Below are positions 61,823 through 64,000 of a DNA stretch of 64,000 nucleotides, one piece after another. Position 1 is the first letter of the stretch, and the number at the start of each line of letters is the position of its first letter. The DNA is from the human T2T-CHM13v2.0 reference genome, Homo sapiens. Position numbers and translations under genes: made by a program. The notes beneath the pieces are model-generated. The model was given only the letters and a program-made list of their open reading frames with translations. It had not been told where the DNA came from and ran no database searches. The stretch lies in the NCBI RefSeq assembly GCF_009914755.1, contig NC_060933.1; one strand, 5' to 3'.

Positions 61823-62780
61823 CCAAGGAAGCAGATGTGTGAGGCTGGGCTGCCCCAATGCTCCTTCTGGTGCCTCTATCTGCTGAGGGAAGTTCTCAAA
61901 CTCAGTCAGGTTTGGAAAGTCATTGGGAGATTTTCCTAGAGGAGGCCAGGGAGGTTCCTCTGAACCCTAAGCCTCTTTCGCCCTCATCCCCAGCAGAAAA
62001 GACGTGACAATGCCTGTCCTGACTGAATAAAGAAGAGAGATAAGTCCAGCTGAGGAGTCTGTGTTATGGGATAATCGGAATTTGTACAGCAAAAGAGAAG
62101 CTATTCTCAGTATTTCAAGGAGAAATTATTCAAGTTGAATAAATTAGAGTCTAAACCACAGTCTTTCCGAAGCCTATGGAGTGTTATTCATGAAGCAGGT
62201 ACTAGACACAGGGGATTCTCAGGTGCTACTTCAGAAGCCAGGATGCACCTGCCCCTGGTGGTATGTGCTGAACACCGTGTGATGATCCTCAGTCCTGTCT
62301 GGGAAGCCCAGGGCTGGGGGTGCTGATGCTCTCAGCTGCCTGCAGCACATCTCCAGGTGATTCTCCAGTCCACACCTAACTGCATGTGTTTTACTTCAGG
62401 TGTCAGTGTACATGAATCCACCACTCTGACTTCCCAATCTCATGACAGTAATTAGTTGTAACTTATTGTAACCTCATGGAGCAACTCTAAAGAAACCACA
62501 GAGAGAAAAGGAGTTTTGGAAAATGTGCTCCCGGAAGTGATAGTAATGATGGGGAATTGACAGCTGACGGGGAAGTAAGGTGACTCTTTCCACAAGGCTC
62601 AACATTTTGCCAGTTATGAATTGTTGCAAAATACATTTGAATGTGCTTTCAAGTATTACCAGTTTGGGGTCATAGCTGAAAAACTTTATTAAGTCACAGA
62701 TAAAATGGGAAAATCAGGAATATTTTATATTGTATGAAATATACAATAACACTGTGTGTGATGGCTCAGGTCTGTAATCC

Positions 62781-63231
62781 TGTGATAGTTAATACTGATT
62801 GTCAACTTGATTACATTGAAGGATGTAAGCATTGCTCCTGGGTGTGTCTGTGAGGGTGTTGCCAAAGGAGATTAATATTTGAGTCAGTAGTCTGGGGAAG
62901 GCAGACCCCCTACTTAATCTATGGGCACCATTTAATCAGCTGCCAGTGAATATAAAGCAGGCAGAAAAAAGTGAAAAATTGAGTCTGGCCCAGCCTCCCA
63001 GCCTACATCTCTCTCCCGTGCTGGATGCTTCCTACCCTTGAACATCGGACTCCAAGTTCTTTAGTTTTGAGGCTCGAGCTAGCTCTCCTTACTCCTCACT
63101 CCTCATGCCTGCAGACAGCCTACTGTGGGACCTTGTGATCCTGTAAGTTAATATGTAATAAACCCATATATATATATATATATATATTGAACTTATTAGT
63201 TCTGTCCCTCTAGAGAACCCTCATTAATACA
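62781..63231 (+). mobile_element. MLT2A1 LTR (5' LTR of HERV-L)
   Basis: TGTGATAGTTAATACTG...GGGTGTGTCTGTGAGGGTGTTGCCAAAGGAGATTAA...TCTGTCCCTCTAGAGAACCC...TAATACA. Confidence 0.92.
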
Positions 63232-64000
63232 GATTTTGGTACCAGGAATGGTTCTGCAGGATCAGAATATTAAGGCTGGAGTTCTTTTGTTGGTTTTGGG
63301 GTTTCTGGATTTGGCTGCTAAATATGATTAGATCCCAAAATGCTAAGGACTCTACTTTTAATAGTGTAGAGAATATTGACAGTTCTTGGCATGAAAGGTT
63401 TAAAGAGCTATGCAAAACAAATTCATTTGACACTAATGAATCATCGCTCATGAGAGGCAAGGAGTTTAGTGACTCTGTACCTAATACCCTTGACAAACAC
63501 CTTGCAAAATAGATTTGTGAGGACAGCACCTGCATCTTTGAAGAGCCCTGTAAAGGCTCTTCTCTGTATGTCAGATCTAATGGTGAGAACTGCAGTCACT
63601 CAGTTACAAAAGTTAAATACAATTTGGAATAATTGGATCCTGAAGTGGCAGGGGCCAAGTGGTAGCACTCAACCCTCAAAGGCACGGTGGGCGTAGCTAC
63701 CGTAATGGGCAGAAAAGACAAAGCAGCAATCTGAACAGTCTGACTCACGTAGAGCTCTGGCATTGGCTAACTAATCACAGTGTTCCTGGAAGTGAAACTG
63801 ACAGGAAGACTAATGCATTCCTACTTAATTTATGTAAGGAGGAAACTTAAGGTCAAACAGATAAAAGACTAACTGGAATCATAAAAACAGAGATTCATGG
63901 CCCCTCAATCAATTTCCAGCCTTGAGCCAGTTTACAGACCCAGAACCCCTTGAATGAAGGGGAGGCTGGGTCCCCCTGAGGTGTCCATGGCAGATAGGAA
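63232..64000 (+). mobile_element. HERV-L internal region (PBS, deleted and disrupted gag), continues past window
   Basis: GATTTTGGTACCAGGA directly after the LTR; gag-like peptides NAKDSTFNSVENIDSSWHERFKELCK and NRFVRTAPASLKSPV. Confidence 0.88.

Overview
Primate (almost certainly human) genomic DNA with no intact protein-coding gene. It reads as a pericentromeric mosaic of duplicated blocks. (1) 1-18.1 kb: fragment of a ZNF91-family KRAB zinc-finger pseudogene on the minus strand (KRAB-A and KRAB-B exons only) with a BNIP3 processed pseudogene upstream, amid Alu, L1M and LTR relics. (2) 18.3-22.5 kb: about 85 copies of the 48-bp CER satellite, bounded on the left by an L1PA 3' stub plus a short inverted satellite piece and on the right by a full-length, disabled L1PA3/4 (22.5-28.6 kb). 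(3) 28.6-52.5 kb: AT-rich, old-repeat-rich sequence. (4) 52.5-54.0 kb: a CpG-rich GCTTTTTGC-type repeat. (5) 54-64 kb: an immunoglobulin kappa V1 orphon (mutated octamer, both start codons lost, open V exon, intact 12-RSS) followed by an MLT2A1/HERV-L provirus. Most long ORFs in the track come from satellites, low-complexity tracts, Alu or L1. I found no convincing wholly new biological system. The most notable signals are the block junctions, satellite sub-structure, a local templated insertion and the orphon's intact RSS. Subfamily names come from remembered consensus sequences and need RepeatMasker/Dfam confirmation; the chromosome cannot be fixed from this window.
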